NCBI GenBank assembly: GCA_965243135.1
Contig: OZ251539.1
Coordinates: 5,536,001-5,600,000 of the forward strand
DNA from: Alphaproteobacteria bacterium
Lineage (GTDB): Bacteria; Pseudomonadota; Alphaproteobacteria; MPNO01; UBA830
DNA length: 64,000 bases
Direction of reading: 5' to 3'
Shown here: positions 37,332 through 47,334 of the stretch, one piece after another
Position numbering within the stretch: the first letter of the stretch is position 1
Layout of the letters: every line of letters begins with the position of its first letter
Made by a program: the position numbers and the translations under genes
The notes under the pieces: generated by a model
Told to the model about the DNA's origin: nothing
The model's input: only the letters and a program-made list of their open reading frames with translations
Databases searched by the model: none

Positions 37332-38422
37332 CCGGCGCGGCCGGCCATCTGGAGGTCAGGGACCTCGTCAAGCGCTTCGGCGACGACCGGGCGGTGGACG
37401 GCATTTCGTTCTCCGTCGCCCGCGGCGACTTCCTCACGTTGCTGGGGCCTTCGGGATGCGGAAAGACGACGACCCTGATGAGCATCGCCGGGCTGCACGC
37501 GATCGATTCCGGATCGATCCGCGTCGGCGACGCGGTCTACACTTCGCCGGCGGAGGGCCTATTCCTGCCCCCCGAGAAGCGGGACATCGGCATGGTTTTC
37601 CAGAGTTACGCGATCTGGCCGCACATGACGGTCGCGCAGAACGTCGCCTACCCGCTGGAAATCCGCAAGACCGGGCGCGCCGAGATCGACGAGCGGGTGG
37701 CGGACGCGCTGCGCCTGGTCGGGCTGTCGGACATGGCCGGCAAGCTGGCCACGCAGCTGTCGGGAGGCCAGCAGCAGCGCGCGGCGCTCGCGCGCGCCAT
37801 CGTCGGGCGCCCGCGGCTGCTGCTGTTCGACGAGCCGCTTTCGAATCTCGACCTGAAGCTGCGCGAACAGATGCGGGTCGAACTCAAGCGGATACAGAAC
37901 GAGGTGGGAATCACTTCGATCTACGTGACGCACGACCAGTCCGAAGCGCTGGTCATGAGCGACGAGATCGTCGTGATGAGCAAGGGCCGCATCGAGCAGA
38001 GGGGGGATCCGGCGCGGATATACAGCCGGCCGGTCAATCGCTACGTGAGCAATTTCATCGGCGTCGCCAACCTGCTCGAGGCGCGCGTGATCCGGAAGGA
38101 GGACGACGGGACCGGCGAGGTCGAGGTCGCGGGCGGTTCCCTGATCCTGCCCTGCCGCCTGGGACCCGGCGTCGGCGCGGGCGACGAGGCGGTTCTTTCC
38201 GTCCGTCCCGAGAACGTTCACGCCGAGCGCGAGCGGCCCGCCGGTCCGAGCGTCGAGGGCGAGGTCGCGCAGGTCATCTTTCTCGGCAACAGCGTGGATT
38301 GCCGCGTGAACTGGGGAGCTTTCGAGTGGAAGGTCCTCGCGCATCCGCGGCAGCGCCTGCGCGAGGGCGAGACGGTTCATCTTCGCTTCGACGCCGAAAG
38401 CATGCTGGCGGTCCGGCCGTGA
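37328..38422 (+). CDS. ABC transporter ATP-binding protein with TOBE domain
   Basis: GPSGCGKT, LSGGQQQR, LLFDEPLSNLD. Confidence 0.92.
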   Translation: MTGAAGHLEVRDLVKRFGDDRAVDGISFSVARGDFLTLLGPSGCGKTTTLMSIAGLHAIDSGSIRVGDAVYTSPAEGLFLPPEKRDIGMVFQSYAIWPHMTVAQNVAYPLEIRKTGRAEIDERVADALRLVGLSDMAGKLATQLSGGQQQRAALARAIVGRPRLLLFDEPLSNLDLKLREQMRVELKRIQNEVGITSIYVTHDQSEALVMSDEIVVMSKGRIEQRGDPARIYSRPVNRYVSNFIGVANLLEARVIRKEDDGTGEVEVAGGSLILPCRLGPGVGAGDEAVLSVRPENVHAERERPAGPSVEGEVAQVIFLGNSVDCRVNWGAFEWKVLAHPRQRLREGETVHLRFDAESMLAVRP

Positions 38423-39513
38423 GCGCCGCGGTCGAAATCGAGCGCCTGCACAAACGCTTCGGCGCGGAAACCGCGGTGAGGGACTTCAGCCTGTCCGTGG
38501 CGGAGGGCGAGTTCGTGACCCTGCTGGGGCCTTCGGGCTGCGGCAAGACCACGACCCTTCGCTGCATCGTCGGACTGGAGCGTCCCGACGCCGGCGAGAT
38601 CCGGATCGGCGGCCGCGCCGTCGCCTCGGCCGAACGCGGCGTCTTCCTCAACCCGGAGGACCGCGACCTCGGGATGGTGTTTCAGAGCTACGCCGTCTGG
38701 CCGCACATGACCGTCTTCGACAACGTCGCCTACGGCCTGAGGGTGCGCCGCGCGCCGGCGGCCGAATTGCGGCGGCGGACGGCGCGCGCTCTGGAGCTGG
38801 TCGATCTCCTCCATCTCGCCGACCGGTACGCCACGAAGCTTTCCGGCGGCCAGCGCCAGCGGGTCGCCCTCGCGCGCGCGATCGTCTACGAACCCAAGGT
38901 CGTGCTGTTCGACGAGCCGCTTTCGAATCTCGACGCGAAGCTGCGCGAGCAGATGCGCGTCGAGATCGTCCGCCTGCAGCGGGAGGTCGGCATCACGTCC
39001 GTCTTCGTCACCCACGACCAGACCGAGGCGCTGGTGATGAGCGACCGCATCGTGGTGATGGACAAGGCCGAGATCCAGCAGGTCGGCGATCCGCAGACGA
39101 TCTACGCCAGCCCCGTCAACGCTTTCGTCGCCAACTTCATCGGCGTGACGAGCCTGCTGGAGGGCCGGCTCCTCGACCGCGCGGAGGGCTTCTGCGAGAT
39201 CGAGGTTCCGGTCGGCGGCGGCGCGGCGCCGTTGCGCCTGAGGGCGTCGGGGGGAGAAGGGGCCGCTCGGGGCGACCGGATCGTTCTGAGCCTGCGCCCC
39301 GAGGACGTCTCGCTGCACCTCGAGGAACCCGAGGGCGGCGCGAACCTTTTCGAGGGCGAGGTCATCGACACGATCTATCTGGGGAACTTTCTCGAAGGGC
39401 GCGTCCGGGTGGGCGACCGCGAGATCGGCATCCGGCATCACGAATATCTGGCTCCCGGCCGCAAGGTCCATCTGAGCTTTCGGCCGGAGCACGGCCTCTG
39501 CCTGACGGAGTGA
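38419..39513 (+). CDS. Second ABC transporter ATP-binding protein with TOBE domain
   Basis: GPSGCGKT, LSGGQRQR, VLFDEPLSNLD. Confidence 0.92.
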   Translation: MSAAVEIERLHKRFGAETAVRDFSLSVAEGEFVTLLGPSGCGKTTTLRCIVGLERPDAGEIRIGGRAVASAERGVFLNPEDRDLGMVFQSYAVWPHMTVFDNVAYGLRVRRAPAAELRRRTARALELVDLLHLADRYATKLSGGQRQRVALARAIVYEPKVVLFDEPLSNLDAKLREQMRVEIVRLQREVGITSVFVTHDQTEALVMSDRIVVMDKAEIQQVGDPQTIYASPVNAFVANFIGVTSLLEGRLLDRAEGFCEIEVPVGGGAAPLRLRASGGEGAARGDRIVLSLRPEDVSLHLEEPEGGANLFEGEVIDTIYLGNFLEGRVRVGDREIGIRHHEYLAPGRKVHLSFRPEHGLCLTE

Positions 39514-39538
39514 GGCCGCGAACAGGGGAGATAAAGGC

Positions 39539-40072
39539 ATGGACGCGAAAAACGTCTCGCTGGAGGAAATGGAGACCTTCGTGGCGCGTTTCGACAGCCT
39601 CCGCGGTTCGGACGAGGCCTACGTCGACAGCCGCCTGCCCGGCCACCGGCGCTTCAAGATCAACCTGATCGGCATGGGAGTCGTTGAGGCCGACGACGCG
39701 CCCGAACTGCGGCCCAACATTCCGCTGCCGGCGCACGGGTTCAATCTGGGCATGATCCAGGCGGAACACGGCAACGGGGCCGCGCTGCACGCGCACCGGA
39801 CCGAAGAAGTCTTCATGCCGCTGGTCGGGCCGTGGGCCGTCGTCTGGCTGACCGGGGAAGGGGAGAAGGAGATCGTCCTCGATCCCTTCGACGCGATCAG
39901 CGTTCCGATCGGCGTCTATCGCGGGTTCCGTTACGTCGGGGAAGGCAAGGGCACGTTGCTCACGCTCATCGGCGGTCCCGACGCGGGACGCGTCGACTGG
40001 CATCCTTCCGTGGTCGCGGCCGCGGCGGAAACGGGCCTGTCCCGCGACGAGGCCGGCAGCCTCAAGGCGTAG
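39539..40072 (+). CDS. Cupin-domain protein
   Basis: GAALHAHRTEEVF and ISVPIGVYRGF motifs. Confidence 0.85.
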   Translation: MDAKNVSLEEMETFVARFDSLRGSDEAYVDSRLPGHRRFKINLIGMGVVEADDAPELRPNIPLPAHGFNLGMIQAEHGNGAALHAHRTEEVFMPLVGPWAVVWLTGEGEKEIVLDPFDAISVPIGVYRGFRYVGEGKGTLLTLIGGPDAGRVDWHPSVVAAAAETGLSRDEAGSLKA

Positions 40073-40127
40073 GCCGAAATCCCGGGCGGCGCGCCGTCCG
40101 TCCGGCGAAGGAGGCCCGCGCGGTCGG

Positions 40128-41006
40128 TCAGAACCTGTAAAATGCCGCCGGCGTGTCGACCATGATCTTGCGGCGCATCTCCTCGTCGCCGATCCAGTCG
40201 CCGAAGGCGTCGACAAGGTCGCCATCGTTCGGGTTGACCTCGTACTTGTTCGGATGCGGCCAGTCCGTGCCCCACATGAGGCGGTCGGGCGCGGCCTCCG
40301 CCAACGCCCGCGCCATCGGCTTGACGTCGTCGTAGGGCGGCAGGTCGGTCGCGCTCACCCGGTTCGCTCCGGAAATCTTCACCCACGCGTTTCCTTCGCG
40401 CACCAGATCCAGCAAAGCCCGGAACCCCGGGGCCTCCACGCCGTCCGCCGCCGCCTGATACGCGAAATGCGCGATCGACATCGGAACTTTCAGCGCCCGG
40501 AAGACCGGCATGAGATCGACGATGTCCCGGCCCGGGAACAGAAACTCGATGTGCCAGCCGAACGGCGCGATTCGCGCGGCCAGTTCCGGCACCTCCTCGA
40601 ATTCGACCGGCATGCCGCCCTTGTTGTCGGCGTTGAGCCTGACGCCGCGCGCGCCCGCGGCGTCGAACGCGGCAAGCTCCTCGTCCGTCACGTCCGTCGT
40701 GACGGCCACCACCGCGCGGGCGCGGTCCGGCGTCTCCGCGTTGAGAGCGGCCATGCCGTCGAGTATCGCGGAGTTGTCGACGCCGTAAACCGACGGTTGC
40801 GTGAAGACGACCCGGTCGATGCCGAGCGCGCCGTGCAGGCTCACGAGATCGCCGAGGGTCGACTCGGGCGGGTTGTAGCCGCGTCCGGGCGACATCGGAT
40901 AACGGTCTTCGAATACGTGAACGTGCGTGTCCACGGCGCCGGCGGGAAGGCGGACGCCCGGCCTGCGCGGGTTTCTGTCGGGCGGAATGCAGTCTCTTAT
41001 GGTCAA
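40128..41006 (-). CDS. Amidohydrolase, 2-pyrone-4,6-dicarboxylate lactonase (LigI)-like
   Basis: DTHVHVF, LGIDRVVFTQPSVYGVDN, GARGVRLN, WVKISG, WGTDWPHP. Confidence 0.85.
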   Translation of the reverse strand: MTIRDCIPPDRNPRRPGVRLPAGAVDTHVHVFEDRYPMSPGRGYNPPESTLGDLVSLHGALGIDRVVFTQPSVYGVDNSAILDGMAALNAETPDRARAVVAVTTDVTDEELAAFDAAGARGVRLNADNKGGMPVEFEEVPELAARIAPFGWHIEFLFPGRDIVDLMPVFRALKVPMSIAHFAYQAAADGVEAPGFRALLDLVREGNAWVKISGANRVSATDLPPYDDVKPMARALAEAAPDRLMWGTDWPHPNKYEVNPNDGDLVDAFGDWIGDEEMRRKIMVDTPAAFYRF

Positions 41007-41055
41007 CGCGGTTCTCCTCGTTTCCGGCGGCGGCGGGCGGGCGGGCCGCAGGCCG

Positions 41056-41814
41056 TCACCCTCTGCCGACGAACGGCATCTTGGTGGCCATGAGGGTCAT
41101 GAACAGGACGTTGGCGTCCGGCGGGAGTTCGGCGACCCAGGCGACCGCGTCGCCGCAATGCGCCGCGTCCATCACCGGCTCCGCCATGATTTCGCCGTTG
41201 GCTTGCGGAACGCCGCGTTTCATGCGTCCGCCCATCGGCGTATCGGCGTTGCCGATGTCGATCTGGCTGCAGGCGATATCGTGCTTGCGGCCGTCGAGGG
41301 CTATGCTCTTCGTCAGCCCCGCGACGGCGTGCTTGGTCGACGTGTAGGCGACGGTGTCGGGGCGAGGCGAATGCGCCGATATCGACCCGTTGTTGATGAT
41401 GCGGCCGCCTTTCGGCGTCTGGTTCTTCATGACCCTGATCGCTTCCCGGGCGCAGAGGAAGGATCCCGTGAGGTTGACGTCGACGACGCGTTTCCAGTCT
41501 TCGACCGACAGGTCTTCCATGGGGATGCGCGGCGCGCCGGTTCCGGCGTTGTTGAAGAGCACGTCGAGACGTCCGAACCTCTCCGTCGCCTTCGCGAACA
41601 GCGCGCCGACCTGGCCGGGGTCGGATACGTCGGCGACGACCGGGAGCATTTCCGGACTGCCCGGATCGCGCATTTCCGCTGTCTCCTGCAGCAGTTCCAT
41701 CCTCCGCCCGGCGAGAACGACGGCGTAGCCGGCCTTGCCCAGCGACAGCGCCGCCGCGCGCCCGATGCCCGTTCCGGCGCCCGTTATCAGCGCGACTTTC
41801 GTTCGGGACGCCAT
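41056..41814 (-). CDS. SDR family oxidoreductase
   Basis: [17 protein letters not shown]. Confidence 0.92.
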   Translation of the reverse strand: MASRTKVALITGAGTGIGRAAALSLGKAGYAVVLAGRRMELLQETAEMRDPGSPEMLPVVADVSDPGQVGALFAKATERFGRLDVLFNNAGTGAPRIPMEDLSVEDWKRVVDVNLTGSFLCAREAIRVMKNQTPKGGRIINNGSISAHSPRPDTVAYTSTKHAVAGLTKSIALDGRKHDIACSQIDIGNADTPMGGRMKRGVPQANGEIMAEPVMDAAHCGDAVAWVAELPPDANVLFMTLMATKMPFVGRG

Positions 41815-42558
41815 GGCTTCTCCAGTTGCGCCGCAGGGCCTGCGCCGGTTGTCCTGCAGAGCGCCGCCTGACCGGCGCGCCCGAACGGGCGGCCGGGTTC
41901 GCTTCGGAATTCCGGGTACATACCCCGGCGGCGAGAACGCCGCAAACGCCCGGCAGCGGCGTTTTCGTTGCCGAGAACGGCTTGCCGCAGGCGCCGTCGG
42001 CCCGCGTTCCGTTTTGCGGCATGATCCCTCGCGGCGAAGAACGGCGTCTCGTCGATCGGTCGCCGTCCCGGACCGAAGAACGCCCGAGCGGCGAAGCGCT
42101 TGGCGCGAAGGCGAGTTCAGCCACGCCCACGGAGCGGTTTGCCGGGCTGCGGGATTCTCGGGCGGCGCGCGCCCGGTTCGGCGCCGTCAACCGTTCGGGA
42201 AAGACGAACGGGCCGTTCACGGGAACGCTCGCCGACCTCGACCGGGCGGCTTCCGCCGCCCTTTCGCCGGCGCCGAAAACGAATGCCCGGAGCGGAAATG
42301 AAACCCGTCTCGTCAACGTCGCGCGCTTCGAGCGTCCGTTTCTCGCCGAACGTTCGCCGTGCAGCCATCGCGCTGCGCCCGAGGCGGTCCGCCGCGGCGC
42401 GATGAATGCGCCGCGGAGAAACGCCGCTCCGCGTCGTCCGCGAGGACGGCAGCTTCGGCGGCGAATTCTCCGGGATTCCGTCGCCGCCCGCCCCGCAGAC
42501 CGTCGACGAAAGGCCGAACGCGGAACGAACCTCCCCTGCGCCGCGAGGTCGAGGCGGC

Positions 42559-43287
42559 GTCGCGCGCGGAGAAAGCCGGTCTTCTTTTCAGGGAACGCGC
42601 GGTCGCGGTCCGCGGCGGCCCCGGCGGCGCTTCGGAGTTCCGGGGACGTTGCCCGGCCTTCCCCCGGCTTCGGTGCCGCATGCGGCGCGACGCGGACCGC
42701 GACCGCGCCGCTGATCGAACGGCGGCCGATAGGATAGTTGCGCGGCGCGAAGATTTCGCATACGTTCGTCTTGCCGAATTCGCAGGGGCATCTTATGGAA
42801 CAGTTCTCTTCCGAACTCATCGCCATTCTTGGCGTCGGCGCCACCATGCTTGGCGGCGGCATTGCCGTTATCAGGCTGGTTCTTCTGCAGGGCCGCCGGC
42901 TCGACAGCCGGATCGACGCCCTTGCCCTGCGCATGGACGAACGGGACCGGCGGACGGATGACCGGCTCGGGCAGATGACCGATCAGACGAACGAACGGTT
43001 CCGGCAGTTGACCGATCAGATGAACGAACGGTTCCGGCAGCTGACCGATCAGATGAACGAGCAATTCCGGCAGATGAACGAGCAGTTCCGGGAGTTGAGC
43101 GAGCGCGTGGCGCGAGTCGAGGGCAAGTTCGACTTGCTCGAGACTTTCGTCGAGCACCGGAAGGAGCCGCCGGCCGAGGCGGCGGAATAGCGGCGCACCG
43201 CTTCGGCGCCGCAAGCGGCGCGAAAATTCGTGCCGCAACTGCCGCCGGCCGGGCGGGCAGCCGACGAAAAACGGCGCAGCGCAAACG
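42559..43287 (-). repeat. Dispersed repeat copy B, split by a 533-bp gene cassette with 24-bp direct repeats
   Basis: Both halves match copy A (28897-29107). GCTTCGG(T/C)GCCGCA(T/A)GCGGCGCGA at 42667-42690 and 43200-43223 (22/24 identical) flank the 42795..43190 gene. Confidence 0.8.
42795..43190 (+). CDS. Small membrane-anchored coiled-coil protein with 11-aa repeats
   Basis: N-terminal TM (ELIAILGVGATMLGGGIAVI), three 33-bp repeats plus a 21-bp partial at 42970-43089 (QLTDQMNERFR), C-terminal LSERVARVEGKFDLL. Confidence 0.85.
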   Translation: MEQFSSELIAILGVGATMLGGGIAVIRLVLLQGRRLDSRIDALALRMDERDRRTDDRLGQMTDQTNERFRQLTDQMNERFRQLTDQMNEQFRQMNEQFRELSERVARVEGKFDLLETFVEHRKEPPAEAAE

Positions 43288-43330
43288 CCTCCGTTTTGAC
43301 CGCGGCGGTTTGCGCACCTATTCTGTCCCC

Positions 43331-44847
43331 ATGACGAGGCGCACGCTTCCGATCGGCATCTCCTCCCTCCGGGAGTTCCGGAGGATGGACTGCTACTACG
43401 TCGACAAGACGGACCATGCGCGCCGTCTTGTCGAGGGCGGCAAGTACTATTTCCTGTCGCGTCCGCGCCGGTTCGGCAAGAGCCTGCTGGTGGACACGCT
43501 GCAGGAGTTGTTCGAGGGAAACGAGGAGCTGTTCCGGGGACTTGCCGTCCACGGCGAATGGGACTGGTCGGCGCGCCGTCGTGCGGCTCAGCTTCGGCTC
43601 AGGCGAGTTCGGCGACCCGGACGGCGTTCGGGAAACCGTGGAAGCGCAACTGGAAGAGACGGAGATGCATGCCGGCCTCGAACCGGGCCCGGCCGGGGCG
43701 TCGATCCGTTTCCGGCGCCTGATTGGGACGCTGCACGAGCGCACGGGGCAGCAGGCGGTCGTGCTGGTGGACGAACAAGCCGATCCTGGACGCGCTTTCG
43801 AAGCCGGAGGTTGCGCGGGCGAACCGCGACTTCCTGCGCAGCCTGTACGGGATCCTCAAGGACTGCGACCGGCATCTCCGTTTCGTTTTCCTGACGGGGG
43901 TGAGCAAATTGGCGGGCCTGTTCTCGGGCCTGAACAACCTGCGCGACATCACGCTGGCGCCGGAGTTCTCGGACATTTGCGGTTACACCGAAGCGGAGCT
44001 GGACGCGGTCTTCGCCCCGGAACTCGAGGGCCTGGACCGGGGCGAGATCCGACGCTGGTACAACGGCTACAACTGGCTCGGGACGGAGAGGGTCTACAAT
44101 CCGTTCGACGTCCTGCTGCTGCTTGCCGACCGCAGGTTCGGCAACTACTGGTTCCAGAGCGGCACGCCGACCTTCCTCGTCGACCTTCTGGCGCGGCGCC
44201 GGGTCTTGGCGCCGGCTCTGGAGGGCATGTTCGCGGACGACGACCTGCTGTCGGCCGTCGACCGCATCCCCGTCGAGGCGCTTCTGTTCCAGACCGGCTA
44301 CCTGACCATCGTCGACGAGGAGCGGGACGAGGACGCGCTCCTCTACCGGCTGGACTACCCGAACCGGGAGGTGAAGCGCAGCCTGAACGCGCTCCTGCTG
44401 CGGACGATGTCGCCGGACGTCGCGGTGGCGTCGGAGAGCCGGGAGCTGCGCCGCCTGATGCGGGCGAACGACTTTGCGGGGATCGAGGCGCTGTTCCGGG
44501 CGTTCCTGGCCGGCATTCCGAACGAGTGGTACGCGAACACGGGCCTGGCGGGCTACGAGGCGCACTATGCGAGCGTGTTCTACTCGCACTTCGTGGCGGC
44601 GGGGATGGACGTCCGCGCCGAGGAGAGCACGGCGCGCGGACGTTCGGACCTGGCGGTCCTGTACAACGGCAACGTCTACCTGTTCGAGTTCAAGGTCGTG
44701 GACGGGAAGCCGGAAGGCCGGGCTCTGGCTCGGGAACGCGGCTACGCGGACAAGTGTCGGCATTCGGGCCAGCCTGTCCACATGATCGGGGTGGAATTCG
44801 GCCGGGAGGAGCGCAACATCGTCGGGTTCGTTGCCGAGACCGCTTGA
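43331..44847 (+). pseudogene. AAA-ATPase-like / PD-(D/E)XK nuclease protein, frameshifted
   Basis: LPIGI..., YYVDKT, FLSRPRRFGKSL, VVLVDE, FLTGVSK, YNGY, VYNPF, LLFQTGYLTI, YPNREV, GRSDL..YLFEFK are spread over three frames (shifts near 43575 and 43775). Confidence 0.85.
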
Positions 44848-45140
44848 CCGCGGCGGCGAACTCGCCTCGCATTCCAGGACGAGAGCGTCGCCATCTTCTC
44901 GCGCAAGAACAAGCGGCCCGTTCTCCCCGTGCGCCTTTGGACATGGTTTCTTTCGACCCGCGCCATGCTTCGCCGTTCCGGGTTCGGGCGTCGCGGCGCG
45001 AAGACAGGGCGGGGCAGTCCTCGGCGTCCCGAACTCCTCGAGCGGGCGTCGCCGCGAAAAAAATTCCTTGATCCGCGAAACGGCGTTTTGCGGCCGGTTA
45101 CGCGTGGCAGTTGCGTGTCAAGCGGCACGGAGCGCCCATT

Positions 45141-45460
45141 GGCTTCGGGCGCACGATGGGCATCGACTACGGGCTCGTGATCCCCGACGAGTCGAAGGCG
45201 CTGCGCGAAGGGGCGATTCGCCCGTGGCGGTCGCAGAATTACCGCCAGTGCCAGCGCGACTTGCTGCGCTACGCGCGCCGACGCGGGGTGGCGCTCGACC
45301 GCCCGAGGCGACGCTCGACGACCGCGCCTTCTCCGGCCAGCCGGGGCTGTGCATCCACGACGTGATGCGCCTGCCACTCCTCGACCGCTGCTGGACCTTC
45401 TTCGACCGGCTGCGCCTGCGCGCCCCCTCGACGAGGCCACCGGACTGCTGCTGGCCGAGA
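45141..45460 (+). pseudogene. uvrA: Internal fragment of a UvrA-family excinuclease gene
   Basis: GFGRTMGIDYGLVIPDESKALREGAIRPW..YRQCQRDLL, then PGLCIHDVMRLP..APLDEATGLLL in shifting frames. No start or end of the gene. Confidence 0.6.
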
Positions 45461-45645
45461 GGGTGGAGGGTGCATCAAGCGCCGATCAGAGGGTTGCGGC
45501 GAAGGGCTCCCGGCTGCATGATCAGCATCCTGGATGTGATTCAACCAAGCTGCCGAACGGCCTGACGAAACAGAGCTGCCTCATCCGGTGCTATTTTCCA
45601 TCTGTGATTCGTTTCGGCGTCAGCTTCACCGGAGGAAAACAAAGA

Positions 45646-46443
45646 ATGCTCGAACTGGATCGTATCTACCAAGCGGACGCCTTCGATATGTTCCCCCATA
45701 TCGACGACGGGAGCATCGATTTGGTCATCTGTGATGGTCCGTATGGAATTGCTACCAATAAATGGGACAAAATCCACAATATCCAGGAATACAACTTGAG
45801 GCTGATCAGAATTTTTTCCAAGAAGTTAAAAGAGGGTGGTGGACTGTATCTTTTCGGAAAACCGAACTGTATTGATTTCATCGACTATCGTCCTTTTTTG
45901 AATCTCAGATCAAGAATCATCTGGTATCAGCCAAGTCGGCTCGCCCAAGGGCGGCTCAAATACACGAACAATTACGACGTTATCTGTTATTTTATCAAAG
46001 GCGACAAACCGAGAATGTTCAATCTTGATGCGATCCGTGTCCCGCAACTTGTCGAATTGGATCATCGTATGCGTTGTGAACGCGTTCCATCAGTCAGGAA
46101 CGGAAAATACAGGAAGACCAAATTCAATGGAAACGGGAAAAATCCGGGAGATGTATGGGGGGACATCAAGCAGCTTACTTATAAATCAAAAGAGCTCGTC
46201 AGTCGTGACGCCCTCAATACGATTCAGAAACCCGAACAGCTCATCGAACGTTTGATTAAAGCCAGCTCCGAAGAGGATGATCTGGTATTGGATCCATTTT
46301 CAGGCGTAGGCACCTGCCCGGCCGTTTGCAAGCGTCTCCGGCGTCACTTCATCGGGATAGAACAGCACGAGCGCTTCGTCGAGGAGGGAAACAGGAGGCT
46401 CCAGAAAACCGAGAATGACATGATGGAGATGATGCTCTTCTGA
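45646..46443 (+). CDS. Beta-class N4/N6 DNA methyltransferase
   Basis: GGAGG RBS, SIDLVICDGPY (motif IV variant), NPGDVW, QKPEQLIERLI, VLDPFSGVGT (motif I). Low GC. Confidence 0.9.
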   Translation: MLELDRIYQADAFDMFPHIDDGSIDLVICDGPYGIATNKWDKIHNIQEYNLRLIRIFSKKLKEGGGLYLFGKPNCIDFIDYRPFLNLRSRIIWYQPSRLAQGRLKYTNNYDVICYFIKGDKPRMFNLDAIRVPQLVELDHRMRCERVPSVRNGKYRKTKFNGNGKNPGDVWGDIKQLTYKSKELVSRDALNTIQKPEQLIERLIKASSEEDDLVLDPFSGVGTCPAVCKRLRRHFIGIEQHERFVEEGNRRLQKTENDMMEMMLF

Positions 46444-46963
46444 TGACGCCTATCGCAAGATAATAACGCTGATCTTGGAAGCTTGGCGAGATCAATTGCC
46501 AACTTGCTCCAACCTGGATTGGTAAAGGAAATGATTATCGCTGATATCCTCGGACATGAATTGATTCGTTCAAAGCATCATGCAGATGCCCATGCTCCGG
46601 GAAATCCGGATGAGAAATACGAATATCTGTCATGCAAAGAAGGCGGGACAGGACAGCTTGATCGTATGTTCAAAGAACCCGATGATAAACGTACTGATTC
46701 TCTGAATCGAATTACACGGAACAGGAAAATATATTTGGCAATATTCTATAAAGAAGAACAAACAAAATGCAAATTTATTTATGAGATCGATCCGAAAATC
46801 ATGGCTAAAGAAGCAGAAAGACAGCTTGATCAGAAATACGATCTCTCATATCGGATTCTCTGAAGGCTGGGCAGAGCGAAATGGACGACTCGTCTATACG
46901 TGTCCATCATACGGATCGCCGAAGAATCGGCAGCATCCTGCATAAATATAGTGGAGAACTGAC
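46442..46963 (+). pseudogene. PvuII-like type II restriction endonuclease, frameshifted
   Basis: Directly after the MTase. Core IANLLQPGLVKEMIIADILGH..ADA..KYEYLSC..IYLAIFY..IYEIDP. N-terminal DDAYRKIITLILEA and C-terminal NTISHIGFSEGWAERNGRLVY are in other frames. Confidence 0.55.
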
Positions 46964-46968
46964 GCGCC

Positions 46969-47040
46969 ATGGTTGATTTCAAGAAACGCCTCACGGGAAA
47001 GAAACCGGAGAAACCGGTTGATCCTGTTGAGTTATACACT
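46969..47040 (+). pseudogene. 5' stub of a gene (resembles the N-terminus of DEAD/DEAH helicases found in defence islands)
   Basis: GGAGA RBS and MVDFKKRLTGKKPEKPVDPVELY, then an abrupt switch to GC-rich non-coding sequence. Confidence 0.4.
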
Positions 47041-47164
47041 GGATCGAGCTTCCGGCTGACGCGCAAACGTTGCCGGCCGCCTCGACGCCTTGACCTACCG
47101 GCGAACTCGTCCCTATGTTGTCCCGCTTGCGGAGGCCTGCCTTGTCGCGCTTCGAGTCGAACGC

Positions 47165-47182
47165 GGGAGCGTGCACGCTCCC
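47165..47182. promoter_or_regulatory. Perfect 18-bp palindrome upstream of the catabolic operon
   Basis: GGGAGCGTG|CACGCTCCC. Confidence 0.35.
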
Positions 47183-47334
47183 TCGTCGAGCGTTCCGGTT
47201 CCTTCGTCAAGGCGAGAGCCTCGATTTTTCTGTCGCGGGTCGGCGGGGACTTCGCAAGCGTTCGGTGGAGGTCGGTTCGGGACCTGGAAAACTCCGGAAA
47301 ATGTCCACGGGTCGTGAGCGAGGGCGCCCCCTGA

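Noticed and set aside
41003-42934. 643-aa minus-strand ORF across the 41.8-42.7 kb gap
   Set aside because: Low-complexity translation of repeat-containing non-coding DNA that overlaps the SDR gene out of frame.
42970-43089. 33-bp tandem repeats as a possible CRISPR array
   Set aside because: No spacers, in-frame coding repeats, and no cas genes in the window.
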